From: an uncultured delta proteobacterium
GTDB taxonomy: Bacteria; Desulfobacterota; Syntrophobacteria; Syntrophobacterales; Syntrophobacteraceae
Reading direction: 5' to 3'
DNA: 39,356 bases
NCBI GenBank assembly: GCA_963808625.1
Contig: CAWEHK010000006.1
Coordinates: forward strand, 1-39,356
Position 1 is the first letter of the stretch. Each line of letters starts with the position of its first letter. The position numbers and the translations under genes are program-made. A model generated the notes under the pieces. It did not search any database, had not been told where the DNA came from, and was given only the letters and a program-made list of their open reading frames with translations. Positions 29,563 through 38,934 of the stretch are shown in pieces.

Positions 29563-30486
29563 CTACCACTGGGTAATTGCCCCGCCCGTGGTCGGCATCA
29601 GGTAGTGGGGGGTCAGATAGCCGCGTTCTTTGACGCCGAACCGATTATTTTGGATGATGCCGTCATCGGATTTGTCGCGGCGGATTTTCTCGAAAAGGGC
29701 GCCATCCACCCGAAGGCCCCATTGCGACACGTTGCGCGTGGTTCCGTCTTCCTCACTGGTGATGGGCAAAGTCAGCCGTTCTCCCTTGGGGGTGACGGCC
29801 TCGACGATGACATAATAGTTGCGGGCCCCGGCCCTGATCTGGGGTTCCCGCCACACCCCGCTGGGGGTATTCGGTCGGGAGACGATGCGCAGTTCGTGCT
29901 CCTGCACCACCCGAGCATACAACTCCTGGAGGGCCGCTGACCCCCGGCTGGCCGCCTGAACATTGCCGCTGTTCAGCGTTGCCAGGGCATCAGTGTAGAG
30001 CTTTTCTGCCTGCGCACGAGCTCTATCGTCCCGGCTTTCTGCCAGCAGGCTCTCGCGCTGACCGGTAAGTTTTTCCCGCAGTCCGGCAAGTTCTTCCCGC
30101 TGGCGAACTTCAGGGGCCACAAAGACAAACCGGTAGATGAAAAAAACGGCCATCAGGGCGATGGCCATAATCCCCATCGCTTTCGCCCAGCGGCCCCGGT
30201 TGACATAAAGCCTGGCCAACCAAAGGGAAGCTTTAGGCGGTGGCCTCCGGTAAGCGAATCGTTCCTCGCGCAGAGCGGCCACTCCCTCAGCGATCATCTT
30301 GTCGGTGACTTCCAACCCCTGGGAAGCGTACATGCGCTTCACTTTGTCAAACAGGGCCTGGTCGCGTTCGTCGGAGGCCAGTTCCCGTTCCACCAGTTGC
30401 TGTTCATGGCGTAGCGTGTCCACCACGTCCATGGCGAGCATCACTTCGTCGAGCTCGATTTTCTCCGGCTTCTCTTTATCAACCAT
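29563..30486 (-). CDS. DUF6384-like single-pass membrane protein
   Basis: LDEVMLAMDVVDTLRH, Y..QG.EV, GVAALREERF, TM helix, RNYYVIVEA, DKSDDGIIQN, GGAITQW; 8-nt overlap with the upstream gene. Confidence 0.8.
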   Translation of the reverse strand: MVDKEKPEKIELDEVMLAMDVVDTLRHEQQLVERELASDERDQALFDKVKRMYASQGLEVTDKMIAEGVAALREERFAYRRPPPKASLWLARLYVNRGRWAKAMGIMAIALMAVFFIYRFVFVAPEVRQREELAGLREKLTGQRESLLAESRDDRARAQAEKLYTDALATLNSGNVQAASRGSAALQELYARVVQEHELRIVSRPNTPSGVWREPQIRAGARNYYVIVEAVTPKGERLTLPITSEEDGTTRNVSQWGLRVDGALFEKIRRDKSDDGIIQNNRFGVKERGYLTPHYLMPTTGGAITQW

Positions 30487-31657
30487 GGCTCAGGGCTTCT
30501 CCGGCTTTGGCCAATGCCACAAGGCGGCGCTTTCCGGCTTCCACGGCCTGCCGGATCTCCTGTTCGTTGTGTGCACTGAGCTGCCGCAGTTCGGCAATGA
30601 GGGTTTGAGACTTCTCCTGGAAATTGATCACCGAATCCAGCAGCTTCTTGACGCTTTGGGCTTTCAGCGTTGGGCCATAGCCCGCCCGGAGGGCGTCTTC
30701 CTGGACTTTGCCTCCCACTTCGGCCAGCGTCTCGAGACTCTGATTGATCCCCTCTTTCATGACCTCGAGGGTCCGGGTGCTTTCGTGCAGTCCCTGCAGG
30801 CTGGTAAAGGAAGCGTTCAGAGCGGTGAAGACCGTTTCGTTGGTGCCGAAAAAGGTCACCGCCTGGGAATAGACCCGTTCTTTCACTTCATTGGACTGAA
30901 CCAGTCGGGCCATGATCACTTCGGTCGTGTTGTAGTTGATGGACAGGTTTTCAGCCAGGTCTTTGGCCACCTGGTAGCGCTTGTCCTCCTCCTGGAGCTC
31001 CCGCAAACCTTCATCTCGAACCAACTCAAGTTTGGCGACTACCACCTGATCAGGATCGGTATTGGTTTCCAGTGCCTTGGACATTTCCTCGAGGCGGGTT
31101 TTGGCCTCCTGAAGCTGGTTTTCCGCTTTCTTCTGGATCTCGAAGGCCAGCACCTGAGCCTCTTTCAAAGCGCCGCGAAAATCCCGGTAACTCTCCAGAA
31201 TGGTCACCTCGCGATCGATCTGGTCCCTGCTGTCGTGGGTCACCTCGGTATAAGTCTGCTTGATCTTATCGAAACGGCTCGGAATGTCACCCCGGGTGAC
31301 CTTCATCCAGAAATTGCCCATGCGCTCCAGGGTGTCGATCCTGCCGTCTTCCAGTTGCTTCACCATGTTCTGAGCATCATCGCGAATGCTGTTGAAGGCG
31401 GCGGCGATCTGTTCGTAGCGCTCGCCTACTCCCATGGCCGCAACTTGTTCGCGTACCACCTCGTTGAATACGGTGGCGTGATTCAGAGTCCGGGCAATGG
31501 CAACGGCTTTTTCTTCATCCAGGTCACTGATCTTTTGAATCATTGCCAGCACCGGTGTTTCGTCCGGTTTCTCAGGCATGAGGCCCAGATCACGCAGTTT
31601 GGACAAGGCCTTGTCAAGGTAATTCAGAGGCTTGGGTACCAGGTCTGTGTTGGCCAT
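30479..31657 (-). CDS. Conserved alpha-helical protein (often labelled cell surface protein; TelA/toxic-anion-resistance-like)
   Basis: YLDKAL..LRDLGL, IARTL...VFNEVVREQ, FNSIRDDA, WMKVTRGDI..RF, Y.DFRGALK; all-helical coiled coil with no signal peptide; AAGGAG RBS. Confidence 0.75.
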   Translation of the reverse strand: MANTDLVPKPLNYLDKALSKLRDLGLMPEKPDETPVLAMIQKISDLDEEKAVAIARTLNHATVFNEVVREQVAAMGVGERYEQIAAAFNSIRDDAQNMVKQLEDGRIDTLERMGNFWMKVTRGDIPSRFDKIKQTYTEVTHDSRDQIDREVTILESYRDFRGALKEAQVLAFEIQKKAENQLQEAKTRLEEMSKALETNTDPDQVVVAKLELVRDEGLRELQEEDKRYQVAKDLAENLSINYNTTEVIMARLVQSNEVKERVYSQAVTFFGTNETVFTALNASFTSLQGLHESTRTLEVMKEGINQSLETLAEVGGKVQEDALRAGYGPTLKAQSVKKLLDSVINFQEKSQTLIAELRQLSAHNEQEIRQAVEAGKRRLVALAKAGEALSHG

Positions 31658-31921
31658 GGTTTCGCTCCTTTCTTTATGGTTGGTGGCTGGTGACGGCTCA
31701 CTGGTTGCTGGGGGCTCATCCGTAGACAGGAAACCCAATATCATCAGGCAGCGGCAGGCGCACGTGCGAGAGAGCGGGGTGAAACTGCTTTCAGTGGAGT
31801 TGCTGGAAAAGCCCGTTAACGGTGGCCCGAGGCTACCTGTGACAGCCTGGACTGATCCGATCCTGCCAAACGGAGCCTTGAGTCGTGAAGAACAACCCGC
31901 GGCACCGTTCGGGGATTGCGA

Positions 31922-32122
31922 TAGTACAGCACATCAGAGTAACGTCTCCAGTATCCCAAATCTCTATTCCCGCATGCTCCCCGCCTATAGCCTGAGGGGA
32001 AAGCCCTGGGAGGAATGCAGCAACAAAGCCTGGATTTTCGCCCCTTGCCTGAAGTTTGCGGAGACAACCTTCGCGGGCATGACGACCGGAATTCATACAC
32101 TCATTTGTGTGTCGCTGTACTA
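31922..32122. repeat. Degenerate REP-containing element with short TIRs
   Basis: TAGTACAGC / GCTGTACTA ends; internal TTCCCGCATGC ... GCGGGCATGACG. Confidence 0.5.
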
Positions 32123-32356
32123 TCCGTCCTTGCCAGTTTCCGGGTCAGGGAAATATCCTTCTTGACTCTTAAAGATCCCCAACCTTTCATGCTTGCTGTT
32201 GATAACGACATAAGTCTGTGGCTCCGTTCTTCGCAACTGCCACCCCGCCTTATCGCAAATTTCTTTCTTGAACTCCCAATATCCCATTTCTTGGGTGCCT
32301 TCCATGGGACCCGCTTCGATTCCAGCAGCCTCGGGACTCTTCTTGTCGGCTTCCAT
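32120..32356 (-). CDS. Small hypothetical protein (78 aa)
   Basis: GAAAGGA RBS before ATG 32356; plausible composition; no motif recognised. Confidence 0.5.
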   Translation of the reverse strand: MEADKKSPEAAGIEAGPMEGTQEMGYWEFKKEICDKAGWQLRRTEPQTYVVINSKHERLGIFKSQEGYFPDPETGKDG

Positions 32357-32706
32357 AGGTTTCCTTTCAATCAGGATGTGACGGTAAGCAACCAATAAGG
32401 CCACTTCTCACCTTACGTCAAATTTCCGTCGAAGAAAACGAAAATGCGCTGAAGGGTGCGGAAGCGACATGAACTATGCCTCAGTTCTAAAATTTATGGA
32501 ACCGTGAAGAATTATTCAATGCGAGAATTGGGTTGACATCAAGAAGAGGGCAAGCTAGTTGTGCGAGAAGTGATCGTGGGATCTTGTGCTTCATTCCTTT
32601 GCCTTCCCTGACGCGATACTTCGAGTTGAGCCCAGCCAGGATCTATGAAATGGTCCCTGTCGTTTTACGGAGAAGACCAATCATTGCAGACGAAGGAGGA
32701 TCATGC

Positions 32707-35112
32707 ATGGGTGATGACATGAGCAAAAAATCATTCGCACCTCACACGTGGCGGTTTGCGCGGGTGGGAGGCTTCGATCAGGTACGCCTGGAAACGGGTG
32801 CGGACCTGCTTGATCTCGACCAACTTGACCAGAAATTGTGGGCCAGTCTTGCCTGTCCCAATCACGGCCTTGAGTTGGACCCCAAGACCCTCGAGCTCAT
32901 TGACACTGATGGCGATGGACGCATCAGGGTCCCCGAGATCCTTGCCGCAGTGAGATGGATTGGATCCGTCCTCAAGAATGCTGACGACTTGACCAAGCGC
33001 GCTGCCGCTCTGCCGCTTTCAGCCATCGATGAGAGCACCCCGGAGGGCGGGCAGCTCCTGGCTTCGGCAAAGCAGATTCTGCTCAATCTTGGCAAGCCCG
33101 AGGCTTCCTTTGTGACGGCCGAAGACACTGCCGATACGGTCAAAATCTTTGCCCACACAAAGTTTAATGGCGACGGGATTATCCCTGTTGACGCCGCAGA
33201 TGATGACAAGCTCAAGAACGTCATCAAGGACATCATGGAATGCATGGGTTCGGAGCTCGACCGCAGCGGGGAGCCCGGCATCACTCAGGAAAGGGCCGAC
33301 CAATTCTATGCCGCCTTGCAGGAATATTCCGATTGGTGGCGGAAAGCGGAAGACGATGCGGCCAACGTTTTCCCCTTTGGCGATGCAACCGGGGAAGCCG
33401 CAGAGGTTTTCAAGGCGGTCAGGACCAAGGTGGACGACTACTTCACCCGCTGCCGCCTGGCGGAGTTTGATGCGGGAGCAGCCGGCCCGCTGAATCCGTC
33501 ACCGGAAGAATACCAGGCCATGGCCCGCAAGGACCTCTCGGCGAGCGCCGAAGAGGTTGCGGTGCTGCCGTTGGCGACCGTCGGAGTCGGCAAGCCTTTG
33601 CCCCTGGAGGGAGGCATCAATCCGGCGTGGATACAGGCGATTTCGAAACTGCGCACGGCTGTCGTGAAGCCGATGTTCGGCGATAAAGCCGCCCTGGATG
33701 CCGGCGAGTGGACCCTCATCAGCGCCAAGTTTACGGCCTACGAAAGTTGGCTCGACGGTAAGCAGGGAACGGCCGTCGAAAGGCTGGGACTGACGCGCGT
33801 GCGAGAGATCCTGTCCGGCGGCATGAAGGAGCCCCTCGCCGCCCTCATGGCCAAGGACAAGGCCCTGGAACAGGAAGCGAACACCATTGCCTCCGTCGAC
33901 AAGCTGGTCAGGTATCATCGCGATCTTTTCACCCTTCTGAACAACTTCGTATCGTTCCAGGATTTTTATTCTCCCGGGACCCAAGCCATCTTCCAGGTGG
34001 GCAGTCTCTATATCGACGGGCGCAGTAGCGAGCTTTGCATCAAAGTGGATGACATCGCCAAACACAGCGGCATGGCGACGCTGAGTCAAACGTATCTGGC
34101 CTACTGTGAGTGCACGCGTAAAGGAACTGCGGAAAAAATGAACATCGCCGCCGCGTTGACCGATGGGGATGCCGGCAACCTCATGGTCGGGCGCAACGGC
34201 GTCTTTTACGATCGGAAGGGCAACGATTGGGATGCTACCGTTGTCAAGTTGATTGAACACCCGATCAGTATTCGCGAGGCCTTCTGGAGCCCCTATCGAC
34301 AGATCGCCAAAATGATCCACGAGCAGGTCCAAAAGGTAGCGGGCGCCCAGCAAAAAAAGGTGATGGATACCGCCGGCGCCGGTGTCTCTGGAGCGGCCGC
34401 AACGGCTGAGGCCGGAAAGCCGCCCGCTGAGGCGCCACCGTTCGATGTCGGAAAATTCGCCGGCATTTTCGCCGCAATCGGCCTTGCCATCGGCGCCATA
34501 GGAACCGCTATCGCCGCGGTCCTCACGGGATTCCTCAGCCTCAGCTGGTGGCAAATGCCGCTGGCGATTGCCGGTCTGCTGCTCCTCATTTCGGGACCAT
34601 CCATGGTCCTCGCGTATTTCAAACTTCGCAAACGCAACCTGGCGCCTATCCTCGACGCCAACGGGTGGGCCGTGAACGCGCGCGCCATTGTCAACATTCC
34701 CTTCGGTCAAACGCTCACGGCTCTCGCGCGACTTCCCGAGGGAGCGCAGTCCTCGCTCTTGGATCCTTTTGCCGAGAAGGAGCGGCCCTGGAAGCTTTAC
34801 CTGTTCTTAGCCGTGCTTGCCGCACTCGTCGTGCTGCTCTGGCAAAAAGGCTGCGTGAGTGGGTGGTTGAAGGCGAGCGCTCCCAAGCAGGAGACCAGTC
34901 AGTCTGCTCCCGCACCAGTTCCCGCCCCTGCGCCTGCTCCGGCGGCAGCGCCAGCGCCGGCACCGGCACCTGCGCCAGCACCTACGCCAGCTCCTGCAGC
35001 AGCGCCAGCACCTGCTCCGGCTCCTGCTCCTGCGGTTACACCGGCACCGGCAGCGACGCCGGCACCTGCACCTTCACTTGCACCTGCTCCGGCTCCCGAC
35101 AAAGCCCAATGA
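32707..35112 (+). CDS. Large uncharacterised membrane protein with EF-hand motif and Pro/Ala-rich tail
   Basis: EF-hand loop DTDGDGRIRVPE, three predicted TM helices near the C-terminus, (AP)n tail; GAAGGAGG RBS. Confidence 0.85.
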   Translation: MGDDMSKKSFAPHTWRFARVGGFDQVRLETGADLLDLDQLDQKLWASLACPNHGLELDPKTLELIDTDGDGRIRVPEILAAVRWIGSVLKNADDLTKRAAALPLSAIDESTPEGGQLLASAKQILLNLGKPEASFVTAEDTADTVKIFAHTKFNGDGIIPVDAADDDKLKNVIKDIMECMGSELDRSGEPGITQERADQFYAALQEYSDWWRKAEDDAANVFPFGDATGEAAEVFKAVRTKVDDYFTRCRLAEFDAGAAGPLNPSPEEYQAMARKDLSASAEEVAVLPLATVGVGKPLPLEGGINPAWIQAISKLRTAVVKPMFGDKAALDAGEWTLISAKFTAYESWLDGKQGTAVERLGLTRVREILSGGMKEPLAALMAKDKALEQEANTIASVDKLVRYHRDLFTLLNNFVSFQDFYSPGTQAIFQVGSLYIDGRSSELCIKVDDIAKHSGMATLSQTYLAYCECTRKGTAEKMNIAAALTDGDAGNLMVGRNGVFYDRKGNDWDATVVKLIEHPISIREAFWSPYRQIAKMIHEQVQKVAGAQQKKVMDTAGAGVSGAAATAEAGKPPAEAPPFDVGKFAGIFAAIGLAIGAIGTAIAAVLTGFLSLSWWQMPLAIAGLLLLISGPSMVLAYFKLRKRNLAPILDANGWAVNARAIVNIPFGQTLTALARLPEGAQSSLLDPFAEKERPWKLYLFLAVLAALVVLLWQKGCVSGWLKASAPKQETSQSAPAPVPAPAPAPAAAPAPAPAPAPAPTPAPAAAPAPAPAPAPAVTPAPAATPAPAPSLAPAPAPDKAQ

Positions 35113-35314
35113 CAGTTGATCAAGGAAGCGAGAAGGGAAAGGTCTGCTTCATGCGGTCAGTGATCAGTGGTCAGTAGTCAGAAAAAGGTGAGTAAGTCGG
35201 TTATCGGGGGTTGCCAAACCTACAGGCCAGGGGATCAAGCTTTGGCGGGAGTCCAGGAAGAAACACAGTTGCTACAAGTGCTGGAGCGATTTACTGCGTA
35301 GCGGCAGGATTTAA

Positions 35315-35690
35315 GCCAATATGCGTCAAGCTGAGGTTTGCCCGGGGTGGGGGCCTGCCTGCGACTGCTTGGGGCGAGATGATCAACGCCCTGAAAGGGC
35401 TTCATAACATAGCCCAGGGTCAGCGAGAGCGCCACCCTGGGACGGAGAAAAGCCTAATCCCGTTTTGCCTTACCCTGAAAGGGTTAGATAAAGCGGTGTG
35501 TCGGTATGCTTTATGTAACCCCTTCAGGGTTGATGTTTGTGTTGTGCCTCGTATCTCCCAGGGTGGCGCTGCCGCTGACCCTGGGCTAATTTATTGAGCC
35601 CCTTCAGGGCAGTTATTGATGTCCCTTCGGGATACCCGAAGACACATGAAAAGGAACTTTTCGAAGCAGAAAAGTCAGCTTGATGGGAAT
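35315..35690. mobile_element. Family A element copy 3 with an extra internal segment of about 55 bp
   Basis: ATATGCGTCAAGCTGAGG ... colinear with 3890-4213 ... AAAGTCAGCTTGATG. Confidence 0.85.
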
Positions 35691-35722
35691 CAGGTTTAAC
35701 CCCTCCCCGCTGACCAACGCTT

Positions 35723-35823
35723 GATGGTCTCGTAAAAAGTCATTTCTCGAAGAACTGCACCTAGTAAATTCAATAGGTTGAGACAGGCAAAATGGCTGTT
35801 TTTGGACTTTTTACGAATTCATC
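35723..35823. mobile_element. 101-bp MITE with flanking direct repeat
   Basis: TIR GATGGTCTCGTAAAAAGTC / GACTTTTTACGAATTCATC flanked on both sides by AACGCTT (35716-35722, 35824-35830). Confidence 0.8.
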
Positions 35824-35874
35824 AACGCTTGATTTTGACCCAAGTTGAGCGATTCCTTTTAGAGAGCCTACTCC

Positions 35875-35938
35875 CGTCATACCGGCGCAAGCCGGTATCC
35901 AGTCCATGGCTCTTCTTACTGGAGTCCGGCTTGCGCCG
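35875..35938. repeat. CGTC-type REP doublet, right unit truncated
   Basis: CGTCATACCGGCGCAAGCCGGTATCCAGT ... ACTGGAGTCCGGCTTGCGCCG. Confidence 0.65.
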
Positions 35939-35985
35939 AAATCTTCCATGCAAGGGGCTTGCGCCCCGTTCAATGGAAGTAAAAT

Positions 35986-36001
35986 TGGCATACAAATTGC
36001 T
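35986..36001 (+). promoter_or_regulatory. Sigma54 (-24/-12) promoter motif
   Basis: TGGCAT-ACAAA-TTGCT with exact GG-N10-GC spacing in an AT-rich stretch. Confidence 0.55.
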
Positions 36002-36077
36002 ATCAACAAAATATAATCTATAAATGATTGATCTGCCATGATAAATCTTTACTTCCGTAGGAATGGCGTTGAGTCTC

Positions 36078-36153
36078 GTAGGTTGGGTTTCGTTCCTCAC
36101 CATGATTGCGGCTCACAATGCCGTGATTGATCGAGGAACGAAACCCAACCTGC
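36078..36153. repeat. GTAG-type REP doublet
   Basis: GTAGGTTGGGTTTCGTTCCTC ... GAGGAACGAAACCCAACCTGC. Confidence 0.75.
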
Positions 36154-36266
36154 ACATCTATGCATCGAATTTGGACACGTTTTTGTGCGGCGCTGTACTT
36201 AGATTAGGTTTGAGCAATTGCATGAAGCCTGCGGGAATGAGGATTTCAGATGGTTTCCGCAGAAAG

Positions 36267-38023
36267 TCACTCCCCCAGTCCGAATTGAGTGCGATAGAGG
36301 GAAGCAAAAAATCCGCCGGCATGGACCAGCTCCTCGAAGCTTCCCTGCTCGATGATCTCTCCTGCGCGCAGCACCAGGATCTTGTCCGCTCCCCTGACGG
36401 TGGACAAACGATGCGCGATGATGAAAGTCGTGCTCCCCACCATGAGCTGATTCAAACCCTCCATGATGGCGGCTTCGGTTTCGGCATCCACCGATGAGGT
36501 GGGTTCATCGAGAATGAGGATGGGCGAGTCCCGTAGAATGGCACGGGCGATCGTGATCCTCTGCCTCTCCCCCTCGGACAGGGTCGCGCCCTGTTCCCCC
36601 ACCAGCGTATTGTAACCCTTGGGCAGCTTCATGATGGCGTCGTGAATCCGGGCGAGACGTGCCGCTGCAACGATCTCATCGTCGTTTGGCTTGATCCGGC
36701 CATAGGCGATGTTTTCCTTGATACTGATGGGAAAAACCAGGGGCGGCTGAAGCACCATCGAAATCTGACTGCGCAGAGACTTGAGCTGATATTCCCGAAC
36801 GTCCACCCCATCGATCAGGACCCGACCCCCGAAGGGATCATAAAAGCGGGGAACGAGGCTCACCAGGGTCGATTTGCCAACGCCCGCGGGACCCACAATG
36901 GCTACTTTCTGGCCGGCTTAAATATGCACGGAGATCTTTTTCAGGATGGGCTGATCTGCCACGTATTGGAAGGACACATCTTCGAGCGTGATCTCCCCTT
37001 TCGCCCCCTTTTCGGGAAGAAACGGGGGCCGTCCTTCATGTCCCTTTCGACATCGAGAATTTCGAACACGCGCTGGACCCCGACCTTGGCCGTCTGAATG
37101 ACCCCCCAGGTCTGGCTGAGGGTGTTGATCGGGGCGTAAAGGGAGGCAAGGTAGGACGTGAAAACGACAATGTCCCCAACACTGAGGGTGCCGGAAAGCA
37201 CGTGCTTGGCCCCGATCCAGATGACAAAAGCCGTGCCGAGGGCCATCACCCCGTTCACGACCCCGGAATAAAAATTCTCGAGGGTGAACAGGCGCAGACT
37301 GGCGCCAAGACTCTCAACGCTGGCCCTCATGAACTTCCGGTGCTCTTCTTCTTCCTTGGTGAAGGCCTGGATGATCCGCATGGCGGACATGGCCCTCTGC
37401 ACCACCGAAAAGACTTCACTCTCCCGCTCCCGGTAGTGGGTTGCCGCGACGGTGATCTTCCGGCTCATGAAGGATATGGTAATAACCAGCGCCGGGCAGA
37501 TGCTGAGCGCCAGCAAGGTCAGTTGCCAGTCCAGTCTGATCATGACGAAGAACATCATCCCGAGCAGCGCGGTGGCGGTGACGACGGGAAAGACGCCGTT
37601 CATGGTAATGGCCTGAATCGAGTAGGTATCCGCCGTGACGCGGTAGAGGAGATCACCTACCTGCCTTCTGCTGTGGAAGGCAAGAGAGAGGCGCTGGAGG
37701 TGGCTGTAGAGGTCGCTTCTGAAATCGTTCACCATGCGCTGGCCGATCTTGATGGTGGTATAGTTGTTGACGATCGACAAACCACCCAGAGAGCAGATAG
37801 ATCAGCACAAGACTGAAGCACGAGAGGAACAGGATCGTCTCGCTGTTGTAGGACGCCACAGAATGTCCCACGCCACAGGTTTTCCGGTCAGCACATTGTC
37901 GATCACGACCTTAAGGGGCCAGGGCTTCAGAATTTCAAAGGCACTGATCAAAAAGACCTGAAAGAGTGCAATAGTGAAAGAAACGCGTTAAGGCCACAGA
38001 TACCTGAGAATTTCTCGTCTCAT
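36267..38023 (-). pseudogene. ABC transporter fused permease/ATPase (MsbA-like) with frameshifts and an in-frame stop
   Basis: GPAGVGKST, LSEGERQR, ILILDEPTS, IIAHRLST; TM domain in other frames; MRREILRYLWP-TAA at the 5' end. Confidence 0.85.
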
Positions 38024-38482
38024 TTTACCGAATCTCCCCAGCAGGAATCCTCATAATGTCCGACGTAGTCCCTGCCAATCAGTCTTTCCATTTGCCCTCA
38101 CCAGTTTGCCCGAGGAGGCTCCCAAAGGGCCTGCACCTGGTCTATTCTGCAATATCAGGCAATGGCTTTCCGAAAGGACACTATCCAAATAAACCCCTGG
38201 AAGCAACGGAAAACTGGTGAATGCATCCGTTCGAGCACTCATTGTTGCATTGCCGGGCCAAAGGCCGGCGGTGCCTGTCTCTCCAGCTTGCAGGACGTCT
38301 TTTTAATAGCGCGGGAAGAATTCTTTCGATAAACAGTCCAAGATGGTTTAGAATAAAAAGCTGAATTTCGACCGCATTATGCCCGAGCTGGCCGTTTCAG
38401 AGCGTTTGTTCGCCCTCATCGTGCACTTCGAATGCTTTTACGACGACAAATCATGGTTTTCGTTTGAGTGCTTCACCCCTTA

Positions 38483-38612
38483 GAGACCATCTCAAAATGG
38501 TCAAAACGATGCTGATCGTCAACCGGCAAAAGCCGGAATCCAGGTGTTCCTGGGGATTCTGGACCCTGGCTTCCGCCGGGGTGACGGGGTACGCCAGTTT
38601 TGAGATAGTCTC
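38483..38612. mobile_element. 130-bp MITE with TTA target duplication carrying a CGTC-type REP doublet
   Basis: TIR GAGACCATCTCAAAA / TTTTGAGATAGTCTC, TTA on both sides; core CGTCAACCGGC..GCCGGAATCCAG ... CTGGACCCTGGCTTCCGCCGGGGTGACG. Confidence 0.8.
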
Positions 38613-38934
38613 TTAGCCGGCAATGATATCCGGACGGGCTTACCGACAAACGGGGAGTCATCATCCAGGTTGCAGGTATTCCGGAAGGCTGGTCGAAGCA
38701 TTTTGAGACTTGGGGAAAGGAGGGCCGACCGATGCCGGATCGGGTGTGATGAGGAGAAGCAAGACGAAGTTTGAGCAGTTTTGGAGAAGGTCTGGTCAAT
38801 TGGTTCGCTGGGGTGAGAAGTTCCGTCTTGCGAGTTGCACTTTGCGAGTTACTCCCAGGCCTTTTCATGGTTCGGGGTGTCCAGAAGGGACATGAAGTAC
38901 TGGCATGAAAAATCTCAGAACGAGGAGAATCTCC

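Noticed and set aside
28504..31693. Long plus-strand ORFs (478 and 464 aa)
   Set aside because: Antisense shadows of the minus-strand operon
34899..35123. Gly-Ala repeat ORF on the minus strand
   Set aside because: Reverse complement of the Pro/Ala tail
35211..35597. 128-aa ORF, and similar ORFs at 5002-5337, 8031-8225 and 15010-15399
   Set aside because: Translations that run through repeat elements or antisense to real genes
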